NCBI GenBank assembly: GCA_040756235.1
Contig: JBFLZG010000051.1
Location: forward strand, 8,727 to 72,726
Length of the DNA stretch: 64,000 nt
Direction: 5' to 3'
Origin: a bacterium
Lineage (GTDB): Bacteria > Desulfobacterota > DSWW01
The translations under genes were made by a program, and so were the position numbers. The stretch's first letter is position 1. Every line of letters begins with the position of its first letter. This document shows positions 47,545-56,587 of the stretch, piece by piece. The notes beneath the pieces are model-generated. The model searched no databases. It saw only the letters and a program-made list of their open reading frames with translations, and was not told the origin of the DNA.

Positions 47545-49149
47545 ATGAAATATGAGCAATGTACCTTGGGTCAGCTTCTGGAAAAGAGGGCCTCTGAATA
47601 TGAGGACAAGACGTATCTGGTCTTCAATGATCAGGAGACCTCCTACAGGGAATTTGACCGACAGGTGAACCGAGTAGCCAACGCATTGACGCGCCTGGGG
47701 GTCACCAAAGGGACACACGTGAACGTTCATCTGGGCAATTGTCCGGAGTTCCTCCAGACCTTTTTCGCACTCACGAAGATCGGCGCTGTGCTAAATCCCT
47801 CCAATCTGGCCCTGACCGGAAACGAACTGAAATACATCCTAGATCATGCGGAGGCGGAGATAAGCATTACCTCGACATGGTTCAAAGATCTGATCAAGTC
47901 GCTGAGACCTTCCTGTAAGAACCTTCAGAGAATTGTTGTCATTGGTGAAGAGGAATCAGAAGGCGGAGTCATTTCCTGGGATGAAATGATGCGAGACACC
48001 TCGGCCACCTTCAGGGCCGACGTGTCCTCGACGCCCGACGACATGGCGGTTCTCATGTACACAACCGGCACAACCGCTTTGCCCAAGGGCGTGATGCTCA
48101 GCCACCAGAACATAACGTCTGCGGGATATTCCTGGATGTGGGCGGCTGGTTTTACTCCCAAGGACAGGACGCTCGCCGGTTTTCCTCTCTTTCATGCCAA
48201 TGCCCTTGTTTTCAGCTGTGTGGGAAGCATGGCTCACGGGGGTAGTGTTTTGTTGCTTGAAAGGATGACGTTCGCCAATCTCATGGAATTGGCCAGGCGG
48301 TACAATGTGACTCACTTCAACTTTGCCGGCCCGGCCATGGCCCTCATGATGTGGCTGCCTGAAGACCCGAAGGATCCCGTCAATCCGGTCAGGGTCGTCC
48401 ATTGTGCGATGGGGTCACCGGAATTGGTCGAAGCCTGGGCAAGGCGTTTCCAGATCCAGGTTGTCATGGCGTATAACTTGACCGAATGCACACTGGCCAC
48501 AGGTACGCCCATAAGTGGTCCTAACCGTGTAAAACCGGGCTCCATCGGCTGGGCGGCTCCGAGTGCACCGTATCCCACGGAGATCCGTGTAGTGGATCCG
48601 ATGGGGAATGATACACCCGTGGGCGTTGCTGGTGAGATTATCGTACGAGGACCGGCCGTCATGAAGGGGTACTACAAGGAACCGTCCCGGACCGCCGAGG
48701 CCATAAAAGACGGGTGGCTTCACACCGGCGACTTGGGCTGGCGCGATGAGGATGACTGTTTGTGGTTTTCCGATCGGCTGAAGGACGTCGTAAAAGTAAG
48801 AGGTGAAAATGTCTCTTCCGTTGAAGTGGAAGAGGCGATTGGTGCTCATCCGAAAGTGGCTGAAGTGGCTGTCCTTGGCGTGGGCGAGGCGGCAAGCGGA
48901 GCCCAGGAGATTGTGGCGTCCATGGTCTTGACCCATGGTGAGAACGCTGAGACGGTCCCTCCCCAGGAGATTATCGAATGGTGCAAGCAGCGTCTGGCGA
49001 AATTCAAAATACCCCGCTTTTACAATTACAGAGACGAGCCGCTCCCTCGGGTAGGCGGCATCAAGATTTCGAAGAAGGATATGAGACAGGACAAGAAGAT
49101 TCTCACCAAGGGCTGTTATGATTCAAGAAAGGAAGAATGGTTAGGATGA
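47545..49149 (+). CDS. Acyl-CoA synthetase (AMP-forming, CaiC-like)
   Basis: YTTGTTALPKGV, PLFHANA, YNLTE, GWLHTGD, RGENVSSVEVE. Confidence 0.92.
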   Translation: MKYEQCTLGQLLEKRASEYEDKTYLVFNDQETSYREFDRQVNRVANALTRLGVTKGTHVNVHLGNCPEFLQTFFALTKIGAVLNPSNLALTGNELKYILDHAEAEISITSTWFKDLIKSLRPSCKNLQRIVVIGEEESEGGVISWDEMMRDTSATFRADVSSTPDDMAVLMYTTGTTALPKGVMLSHQNITSAGYSWMWAAGFTPKDRTLAGFPLFHANALVFSCVGSMAHGGSVLLLERMTFANLMELARRYNVTHFNFAGPAMALMMWLPEDPKDPVNPVRVVHCAMGSPELVEAWARRFQIQVVMAYNLTECTLATGTPISGPNRVKPGSIGWAAPSAPYPTEIRVVDPMGNDTPVGVAGEIIVRGPAVMKGYYKEPSRTAEAIKDGWLHTGDLGWRDEDDCLWFSDRLKDVVKVRGENVSSVEVEEAIGAHPKVAEVAVLGVGEAASGAQEIVASMVLTHGENAETVPPQEIIEWCKQRLAKFKIPRFYNYRDEPLPRVGGIKISKKDMRQDKKILTKGCYDSRKEEWLG

Positions 49150-49306
49150 GCCCGGGCATCCGCAGAGGATTCCGATGAACTACGAATGAAGCCATTTGCC
49201 TCCCGAACCATGAAAGCTCTTTACATATCGATTACAGTCCCTATCTCAGCGATGTGACGGTCAGCAAACATGTAATAGCGCTAAACTCTAACAGGAGGCA
49301 GAGAAG

Positions 49307-50761
49307 ATGGTAGGGATTACAGCATATGGCTCCTATATTCCCAAGAAGCGTCTGAATCGGATGGCGATCATTCAAAGCATGGGCTGGCTCGCGCCCGGCT
49401 TGATGACTGCGGCACGGGGCGAACGGAGCATGTGCAACTGGGACGAGGATGCCATGACCATGGCCGTGGCGGCTGCAAAGGACTGCGTCACAGGGATGGA
49501 CAAAAGTGCGATCAACGCGGCCTATCTGGCATCGACCAGCCTGCCCTTCAAGGATCGCCAGAACAGCGGCATCCTGGCCACCGCCCTGAATCTGCCGGAA
49601 GAGGGGCTCGTAACCGCAGATTTCACCTCCTCGCTCAGAAGCGGCACCACGGCCCTGCTGACCGCCATCGACGCGGTGCAGGGAGAGGGCAAGAGCAACG
49701 TCCTAGTGGCCGCCTCCGATGCGCGCGACGCGAAGTCCGCCTGGTTCTATGAGATGTGGTACGGCGATGGCGCAGCCTGCTTGCTGGTGGGGAAAGACAA
49801 GGTGATCGCAGAATTCAAGGGTGCCTACTCGGTTGCCTGTGATTTCGTCAACACCTTCAAAGGTGCAAACGCGAAATTCGACTACGGATGGGAAGAGCGG
49901 TGGATTCGGGAGGAAGGCTTCGCCAAGATCATCCCTGCCGCTATCAACGGGCTGCTCGAGAAGTGCGGCGTCTCCATAATTGATGTGGCCAAGGTGGTTT
50001 ATCCCTGCTACCTGTCCAGTAATGTTCACAAGGGCGTTGCCAAGCCCCTGAAGGCGGCGCCGGAACAGATCCAGGACAATCTGGCCGACGTGGTGGGTGA
50101 CACGGGTGCTGCTCAGCCGCTGGCCATGTTCGTTGCCGCCCTGGAAGAGGCGAAGCCAGGGGACAAGATCGTGGTGGCAAGCTTCGGCCAGGGTTGCGAT
50201 GCCCTGCTGTTCGAGGTTACGGAGAACATCAAGAATCTGCCCGCCCGCAAGGGTATGAAGGGCTCTCTCGCGAACCGCCAGGAGGAGACCCAGTACTCGA
50301 AACTCCAGACGTTTCGGGAGGTGGTCAACGTTGAGATGGGGATCCGCGCCGAGTCGAACAAGCAGACCGCCCTGTCCGCCCTTTGGAGACACCGGAAGCA
50401 GGTCCTGGGGCTTGTCGGCGGGAAATGCACCAAGTGCGGAACGCCCCAGTATCCGAGGATGAGGATGTGCGTGAACCCGGATTGCAGTGCCGTTGACTCC
50501 CAGGTGGACCATGAGTTTGCCGACAGGACAGGCATCATCAAGAGTTACACAGGCGACATGCTGGCCGTGTCCGTCGATCCGCCTGCCATCTACGGGCTCG
50601 TTCAGTTCGAAGGTGGCGGCCGCGCCCTGTGCGACTTCACGGATTGTGCCCTGGCAGACGTGAAGGTGGGCCAGCAAGTGAAGATGTCTTTCCGGATCAA
50701 GTACTATGACAATGTAAGGGATTTCCACGGCTACTACTGGAAGGCCGTACCGCAAATCTAG
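49307..50761 (+). CDS. HMG-CoA-synthase-like domain (no catalytic Cys) fused to DUF35 Zn-ribbon/OB domain
   Basis: GITAYGSYIP, WDEDAMTMAV, DFTSSLRSGT at the Cys position, GDGAA, GDTGAA; C-terminal KCTKCG.PQYP....C...C and YYWKAVP. Confidence 0.88.
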   Translation: MVGITAYGSYIPKKRLNRMAIIQSMGWLAPGLMTAARGERSMCNWDEDAMTMAVAAAKDCVTGMDKSAINAAYLASTSLPFKDRQNSGILATALNLPEEGLVTADFTSSLRSGTTALLTAIDAVQGEGKSNVLVAASDARDAKSAWFYEMWYGDGAACLLVGKDKVIAEFKGAYSVACDFVNTFKGANAKFDYGWEERWIREEGFAKIIPAAINGLLEKCGVSIIDVAKVVYPCYLSSNVHKGVAKPLKAAPEQIQDNLADVVGDTGAAQPLAMFVAALEEAKPGDKIVVASFGQGCDALLFEVTENIKNLPARKGMKGSLANRQEETQYSKLQTFREVVNVEMGIRAESNKQTALSALWRHRKQVLGLVGGKCTKCGTPQYPRMRMCVNPDCSAVDSQVDHEFADRTGIIKSYTGDMLAVSVDPPAIYGLVQFEGGGRALCDFTDCALADVKVGQQVKMSFRIKYYDNVRDFHGYYWKAVPQI

Positions 50762-50802
50762 AGAAAGAGCCGAGTCAAGGCCTACCTACAGGAGGCAAGA
50801 AC

Positions 50803-52011
50803 ATGGCAACAGGAATACGGGACAAGGTTGCAATTCTGGGTATGGGGTGCTCCAAATTTGGGGAGCGCTGGGATATGGGCGCCGAGGATTTGCTCGTTGA
50901 GGCGTTCCAGGAGTGCATCGAGGACGCAGGGATTGACAAAAAGGAGATCCAGGCAGCTTGGCTGGGCACGGCCTTGCCGGAGATCAGCGTTGGGCCGAGT
51001 GCCCTGCCGTTGAGCATCAGCCTGCGACTTCCCAATATCCCGGCGACCCGGGTGGAAAACTTGTGTGCGAGCGGAACTGAGGCCTTTCGGGGTGCGGTCT
51101 ACGCTGTAGCATCCGGCGCCTATGACATTTGCCTAGCCGCTGGCGTGGAGAAGCTCAAGGACACCGGTTACGGCGGACTGCCGGACATGGGGTCAAGCGG
51201 AGGCCCTCGGGGCATCATGACAGGGGTCAACATGACGGCACCGGGCACTTTCGCTCAACTCGCCAGCGGGTATGCGGCGACGTACGGCGTATCGGATCAG
51301 GAGATCAAGCGGGCCCTCGCGCATGTATCCGCTAAGAGCCATGCCAACGGTGCCAAGAACCCGAAGGCGCACCTGAGAAAGGTGGTGACCGAAGAGCAGA
51401 TTATGGCCGCTCCGATCATCGCCCACCCTCTGGGCCTTTTCGACTGCTGCGGGGTGAGCGACGGGTCCGCGTGTGCGATCGTGACGACCCCGGAGATCGC
51501 CAAGAGCCTTGGCAAGAAGGATCTGATCTCGGTCAAGGCCCTGCAACTCTCGCTGAGCAACGGGTATGAGATGGCCTACAACGAATGGAACGTGGATCAC
51601 TTCGTGACCACCACCAAGGCAAGCAAGATGGCTTACGAAGAGGCCGGTATCAAGAAGCCCCGGGAAGAGCTCAGCATGATCGAGGTCCACGACTGCTTCT
51701 CGATCACCGAGATGGTCACCATGGAGGACCTGCACATCTCGCCCAGGGGCGGTGCCATCAAGGACATCATGGACGGCTTCTATGACGCGGACGGTGGCGT
51801 CCCGTGCCAGATCGACGGAGGCCTCAAGTGCTTCGGCCACCCGATCGGCGCCTCGGGCCTGAGGATGCTCTACGAGATGTACCTGCAGCTCCTCGGCCGC
51901 GCCGGCGACAGGCAGCTCAAGGATCCCCGGATCGGTTTGACCCACAATCTGGGCGGATTCCCGTACATGAACGTGTGCAGTGTCGGCATCGTCGGCCGAC
52001 ACGAAGGATAG
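50803..52011 (+). CDS. Thiolase/acetyl-CoA acyltransferase (SCP2/archaeal/PhlC type)
   Basis: TRVENLCASG, EVHDCFSITE, DGGLKCFGHPIGASG, HNLGG. Confidence 0.93.
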   Translation: MATGIRDKVAILGMGCSKFGERWDMGAEDLLVEAFQECIEDAGIDKKEIQAAWLGTALPEISVGPSALPLSISLRLPNIPATRVENLCASGTEAFRGAVYAVASGAYDICLAAGVEKLKDTGYGGLPDMGSSGGPRGIMTGVNMTAPGTFAQLASGYAATYGVSDQEIKRALAHVSAKSHANGAKNPKAHLRKVVTEEQIMAAPIIAHPLGLFDCCGVSDGSACAIVTTPEIAKSLGKKDLISVKALQLSLSNGYEMAYNEWNVDHFVTTTKASKMAYEEAGIKKPREELSMIEVHDCFSITEMVTMEDLHISPRGGAIKDIMDGFYDADGGVPCQIDGGLKCFGHPIGASGLRMLYEMYLQLLGRAGDRQLKDPRIGLTHNLGGFPYMNVCSVGIVGRHEG

Positions 52012-52671
52012 TAAGCGATCTTTCATCAAAAAGCTTTGAAGGGATTCCCCGGGGCAAAAGCCGCAGGGTGGTGCCGAACACGATGAAGAGATGTCAGCAC
52101 CACGCAGATCAGAGCACATCATGAAGCTACCCTTGCACGAAAATTCGGCCTTTTGGGCCAGGCTCTAGCTAAGAATAGCCGGCAATTCCTTCAAAGTTAC
52201 CAGATGGCTAACGGACCTGCCCTCCTTCCATATGTCATGGGTGAGACCTTGACCTCTCCGCAGGTCTTTCCGAGTCAGTATTTCTTGCTCCTGCACGTAA
52301 CAAGATGACCCAGGAGGGCCCACCCTGAAAGGAACTCCCCGCCCGGCCCCCGATAGGCGTCGCTCCGCGTTGTCTCAGTCCGGCTGCAGCAGCTCCCGCG
52401 CCTGCGCCAGGCAGCGCTGCTCAAGAGAGGGATCGGTTAGAGAAGAGAGCCCAGATGGCCAGCTCGTCGTCCATGCTTTCCCCATCCCGGCACGGCCCGC
52501 TGGTGCTGGCGCCGATATCCAGGCCGAGCGCGCGGTGACGTTCCCGGAAAGCTTCCAGCGGATCGGGCAGTCCTTCTCAGAGCGCAGAGAAAAAATTCTG
52601 AAGTCGCGACCTCACCGCAGCATCTAAAGACCAGGGAGCATCCGGTGGCCGATACAATGTGGGAGGTAGGA

Positions 52672-53064
52672 ATGCGCATCCTGCATACCATGATCCGCGT
52701 AACCAACATGGAAGAATCTCTGAAATTCTACACCGAAGTTCTCGGCATGAAGCTCCTTCGAAAGAAGGACTACCCGACCGGCAAGTTCACTCTTGCCTTT
52801 GTCGGGTACGGGAACGAGTCCGATGAGTCCGCCATTGAGCTGACGCACAACTGGGACGTGGATCACTACGAGATGGGAAACGCTTACGGGCACATCGCGC
52901 TCGAGGTGGACGATGTCTACGAAGCGTGCGAAAAGATCAGGTCCCAGGGCGGGAGAGTCGTCCGCGAGGCTGGCCCGATGAAGGGCGGATCCACGGTCCT
53001 GGCGTTCGTCGAGGATCCGGACGGCTACAAGATCGAACTGCTTGGAAAGGAGCGGGCAGACTGA
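52672..53064 (+). CDS. gloA: Lactoylglutathione lyase (glyoxalase I)
   Basis: [45 protein letters not shown]. Confidence 0.96.
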   Translation: MRILHTMIRVTNMEESLKFYTEVLGMKLLRKKDYPTGKFTLAFVGYGNESDESAIELTHNWDVDHYEMGNAYGHIALEVDDVYEACEKIRSQGGRVVREAGPMKGGSTVLAFVEDPDGYKIELLGKERAD

Positions 53065-53312
53065 TTGCGCATGGGCTTCGTGGCTGCAAAGTTGGCAAAG
53101 GCCAGGCAGCTCCGGAACCCGCAGGCCCTGCAGTTCGTCCGGGGCGTGGCCAGGGTGGTCTGGCATTGTGATCTCGGTTTGCCCTATTCTCTATCTCACC
53201 GGGGGCCCGGTTCCGGCGCGGGGAATTGAGGCCGGGCTGACTGCGGGTCTCGACCTCCTGCGGAGGCACGGGACGGGAACCCATGCGTGCTGGCGGCCGG
53301 AAGGGCCCAACT

Positions 53313-54752
53313 ATGGACAAGCTGCCGGATGGTTTCATCGTCGTCTGCAAGAGAGAGTGCGAGACCTGCGTCATGGTCGTCCCGGTGCTGCAAGAGCTTG
53401 CATCGGGACCTGTGCGCCTGACCGTCTATGTGCAGGATGACCCGGGGTTTCCGGAAGGGGTGCCGGGGGTGATCGATGATACGTCCCTGGAACGATCCTT
53501 TCGGCTCCGGATCGAGACGGTGCCCACGCTGATTCACGTCGAAAACGGAGAGGAGAAGGCCCGCGCGGTGGGCTGGTACCGGTCCGAGTGGCGAGCATTG
53601 ACGGGACTGGAGGGCCTGGGCCAGGGGTTGCCCGATTTCCGCCCGGGTTGCGGATCGAAGAGCGTCGAACCCGGGATCGCGGAGCAGCTCGCGGTCCGTT
53701 TCGGCGTGGTGCCCCTCGCGTCGCGCCGCGTGGAGTCGCCGGCGCTCGAAGACGAAATCGAAACCTGCTTCGAGCGCGGCTGGACGGACGGGCTGCCCGT
53801 GGTCCCGCCCACCGAAGTCCGGGTGGTGCGCATGCTCCAGGGAACGCCACGAGGCCCTGGCGAGGTGGTGGGCATCATCCCGCCGAATCAGGTCCCGTGC
53901 ACGGTGGAGAAGGCGGCCGTCAACGCGGTCATGGCTGGCTGCAAGCCGGAGTACCTGCCGGTGGTCCTCGCGGCCGTGGAAGCCGCATGCCTGGACGCGT
54001 TCTGTCTGCACGGCCTCCTGGCCACGACCTATTTCTCGGGACCCGTGGTCCTGGTCAACGGTCCGGTGGCAAGGGCCATCGGGATGAATGCCGGGGTCAA
54101 CGTCCTGGGCCAGGGGAACCGAGCCAACGCGACCATCGGCCGGGCCCTCCAGCTGATCGTCCGCAACGTCGGCGGCGGGCGGCCTGGAGAGATCGATCGG
54201 GCGACCTTGGGAAACCCCGGGAAGTACACGTTCTGCTTTGCCGAGGACGAGGCCGGTTCTCCCTGGGAGCCTCTCGCGGTGGAGCGGGGCTTTCCTGCGG
54301 GGACCTCGACGGTGACACTCTTTGCGGGGGACGGGGTTCAGGGAGTGTTCGATCAGCTTTCCCGGACGCCCGAGTCCCTTGCAAGAACGTACGCGGCCTG
54401 CCTGCGGACGGTGGCGCATCCCAAGATCCCCATCGCCGCCGACGCCATGCTGGTGGTGTCCCCGGAGCACGGCCGGGTCTTCGGGCGAGCCGGCTGGACG
54501 AAATCCAGGCTGAGGGAGGAGCTGGACGGGCTGCTGCAACTCCCCGGGAGCGCGCTGGTTCGCGGCGCCGGCGGGATCGCGGAGGGGATCCCGGAGGAAA
54601 TGAAAGATCTGACCCTGCCGAAGTTCCGCCCCGGAGGTCTCCACATCGTGCATGCCGGCGGCCCCGCGGGGCTCTTCTCCGCCATCATCGGCGGATGGGT
54701 TGCGAGCGGACCCATAGGAAGCCAGTCCGTGACAAAGGAGATTCATCCATGA
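53313..54752 (+). CDS. Thioredoxin-like domain fused to the conserved partner domain of UGSC proteins
   Basis: CKRECETC and TVPTL (Trx-like), RPGCGS linker, GWTDGLPVVPPT, NAVMAGCKPEY, NRANATIGRA; ATGA overlap with UGSC gene. Confidence 0.82.
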   Translation: MDKLPDGFIVVCKRECETCVMVVPVLQELASGPVRLTVYVQDDPGFPEGVPGVIDDTSLERSFRLRIETVPTLIHVENGEEKARAVGWYRSEWRALTGLEGLGQGLPDFRPGCGSKSVEPGIAEQLAVRFGVVPLASRRVESPALEDEIETCFERGWTDGLPVVPPTEVRVVRMLQGTPRGPGEVVGIIPPNQVPCTVEKAAVNAVMAGCKPEYLPVVLAAVEAACLDAFCLHGLLATTYFSGPVVLVNGPVARAIGMNAGVNVLGQGNRANATIGRALQLIVRNVGGGRPGEIDRATLGNPGKYTFCFAEDEAGSPWEPLAVERGFPAGTSTVTLFAGDGVQGVFDQLSRTPESLARTYAACLRTVAHPKIPIAADAMLVVSPEHGRVFGRAGWTKSRLREELDGLLQLPGSALVRGAGGIAEGIPEEMKDLTLPKFRPGGLHIVHAGGPAGLFSAIIGGWVASGPIGSQSVTKEIHP

Positions 54753-55276
54753 CGACGAAGACGACCGTATTGCTGGACCCCACTGCAGAAGGCTCGCCGG
54801 GTCGGCGCGCGCGGCTGCCTCGCCCGAAGGACCTCACCGGGCTCACGGTCGGGCTCCTGGATATCTCGAAGGCCCGCGGCGACGTCTTTCTCGATGAGAT
54901 CGAGAGGGAGCTGTGCGGCCGCGGCCTGAAGATCAGGCGCTACCGGAAACCGACCTTTGCACGGGTGGCCCCGATCGAGCTGCGGCAGCAGATCCGCGCC
55001 GAGTGCGACGTCCTCATCGAAGCGCTTGCGGACTGAGGGTCGTGCACGTCGTGCAGTGTGCACGACATCGTGGATCTGGAAGGCCGGGGCGTGCCGAGCG
55101 TCTATGTCGCCTCGGCGGAGTTCGTGCAGGCGGGGAAGTCGCAGGCCGAGGCGCTCGGATACGATCCTGCCTGCGTGTTTGTCCCGCATCCCATTCAGGA
55201 CAAGACGGACGAGGAGATGAAGGCCATTGCCCGCGCTGCCGTCGGGGATCTCCTGAAGTCGATCACCGCCGCATAG
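54749..55276 (+). CDS. UGSC family selenoprotein (UGA 55034-55036 read as Sec96; 175 aa)
   Basis: MTTKTTVLLDPT...VGLLDISKARGD...EALAD-U-GSCTSCSVHD...GVPSV...VPHPI; ORF 55058-55276 is in the same frame. Confidence 0.92.
55048..55066 (+). promoter_or_regulatory. Putative bacterial SECIS hairpin
   Basis: GTCGTGCA-GTG-TGCACGAC, 8 bp stem starting 11 nt after the UGA. Confidence 0.65.
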
Positions 55277-55525
55277 TCACCCTTGCCTGTGCCTCGATGA
55301 ACGCGAGCACGGCCCTGGAGCGCGCACCTTCTGGAGGTCGGTCCTCGGGTGAGAGGACACGCAACAAGGGGACTGGTAGATGGTTATGTTTGTGGGCGGG
55401 TTCGTAGCAGAGGACGACAGCTGCGGCGTTCTCCTGTCGACGATTTGTCCGCAGGACATGTTGGCGACAGTCCCGGTCGTCTTGCCACCTGCCCCGCTTG
55501 CGGGGCTCCCCGGCCAGCTTCTCGT

Positions 55526-55620
55526 CCGGCGCGCTTGAGCTCCGCGAGCTTGCTCTGTGATCGGCCCAGCGCCCGGACTCTCTCGCCGTCTCTGACGAGT
55601 GCTTCGGTGATTTGCCTTCC
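55526..55620 (-). pseudogene. Fragment of an NmrA-like NAD(P)-binding protein N-terminus
   Basis: GRQITEALVRDGERVRALGRSQSKLAELKRAG; no start or remainder. Confidence 0.55.
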
Positions 55621-55754
55621 GGATGCGTAGCCACCCACCAAAGGTGCCCGAAGGGATCTTCGAGTTGCCCGGTGCGGTCGCCGTAAAACAGATCCATGAC
55701 GGGCTGACACTCCTTCGCGCCTGCGGCCAGCGCTCTCTTGAAAAAGCCGTCCAC
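55621..55754 (-). pseudogene. C-terminal fragment of a VOC/PhnB-like protein
   Basis: VDGFFKRALAAGAKECQPVMDLFYGDRTGQLEDPFGHLWWVATH; N-terminal half absent. Confidence 0.75.
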
Positions 55755-55830
55755 GAACCTCATCGCCCTCTATAAAGCCCTTGGCGGCGGTTGGGAGAGG
55801 GCCCGATTGGCGGACACACGAACGCAGTAA
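55753..55830 (+). pseudogene. 3' remnant of a NodT/OprM-family outer-membrane efflux factor
   Basis: TNLIALYKALGGGWERARLADTRTQ-stop; LYKALGGGW is the family C-terminal signature. Confidence 0.7.
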
Positions 55831-55856
55831 GAAAGAAGGCGCACGAGAGGATCGAC

Positions 55857-55896
55857 TTGACAAAAAATGACGATCGATATATAACAACCGTCATTT
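55857..55896 (+). promoter_or_regulatory. Sigma-70 promoter overlapped by an inverted repeat (probable TetR operator)
   Basis: TTGACA 55857-N17-TATAAC 55880; AAATGACG...CGTCATTT arms. Confidence 0.75.
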
Positions 55897-55944
55897 AATC
55901 CGAACGCTTTGAAATTCTGCAACTTTTAAGGCCTTCCGGAGCTT

Positions 55945-56514
55945 ATGGCTAACAAGACTCGATTCTCTGAACATGCCATCGTGGAAGCAGCATTCGCTAT
56001 TGTCCGCGAAAAGGGTATGGGCGAGCTCTCCACCCGGTCTATTGCCAAACGCCTTGGCTGCTCCACCATGCCGGTCTATTCGTTTTTCAGATCAAAAAAG
56101 AGTCTGACTGAGCGCATCGTGGAAAGGGCCTATGCGGTGCTCTACGAGTATCAGACGACCAGCCGGACAGGAGATACTTTCCTCGATATGGGGGTCGGGT
56201 ACGTGCTGTTTGCAAAGGAGCAAAGGCACCTCTTCCGATGCATCAATGCGGAGCTCCACGTCGACATCCTGAAGAGACACAACGATCTTCATTTCGACTC
56301 CCTCGTCAAGAAGCTTTCTCAATACCCCATCGTGAAGGGAATGACCGAGGCACAGATCCGCAAGTTTTTCATGCAGGGATGGACCTATTCCCACGGCCTG
56401 GCCCAGCTCGTGAACGTCGACTACTTTCCAGACATGGGGGTGAGTGAAATTTGTGACCTGTTTTTTTATACGGGTAAACGCTACATCAAAGGGTTCCTGG
56501 AGCTGAAAGATTAG
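55945..56514 (+). CDS. TetR/AcrR family regulator (WHG-like C-terminus)
   Basis: IVEAAFAIVREKG...LSTRSIAKRLGCSTMPVYSFF.SK; WTYSHGLA. Confidence 0.93.
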   Translation: MANKTRFSEHAIVEAAFAIVREKGMGELSTRSIAKRLGCSTMPVYSFFRSKKSLTERIVERAYAVLYEYQTTSRTGDTFLDMGVGYVLFAKEQRHLFRCINAELHVDILKRHNDLHFDSLVKKLSQYPIVKGMTEAQIRKFFMQGWTYSHGLAQLVNVDYFPDMGVSEICDLFFYTGKRYIKGFLELKD

Positions 56515-56587
56515 CTCAAAGGCTTCCGTACCCGGGTGCCGGTCTCTGAAGTGAAACCTTCGAGAACCATATTGAGGGCGGACAATC

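Noticed and set aside
52374..52580. Minus-strand coding-like stretch after an in-frame TGA ([22 protein letters not shown]...LEQRCLAQARELLQPD)
   Set aside because: No start, needs a frameshift, no recognisable family or Sec context; at most a decayed remnant
37681..55386. TGGTAGATG(T)GTTA at 37681 and 55374 as island-bounding direct repeats
   Set aside because: Short, imperfect, encloses host-like genes such as gloA, and no recombinase is present; chance is plausible
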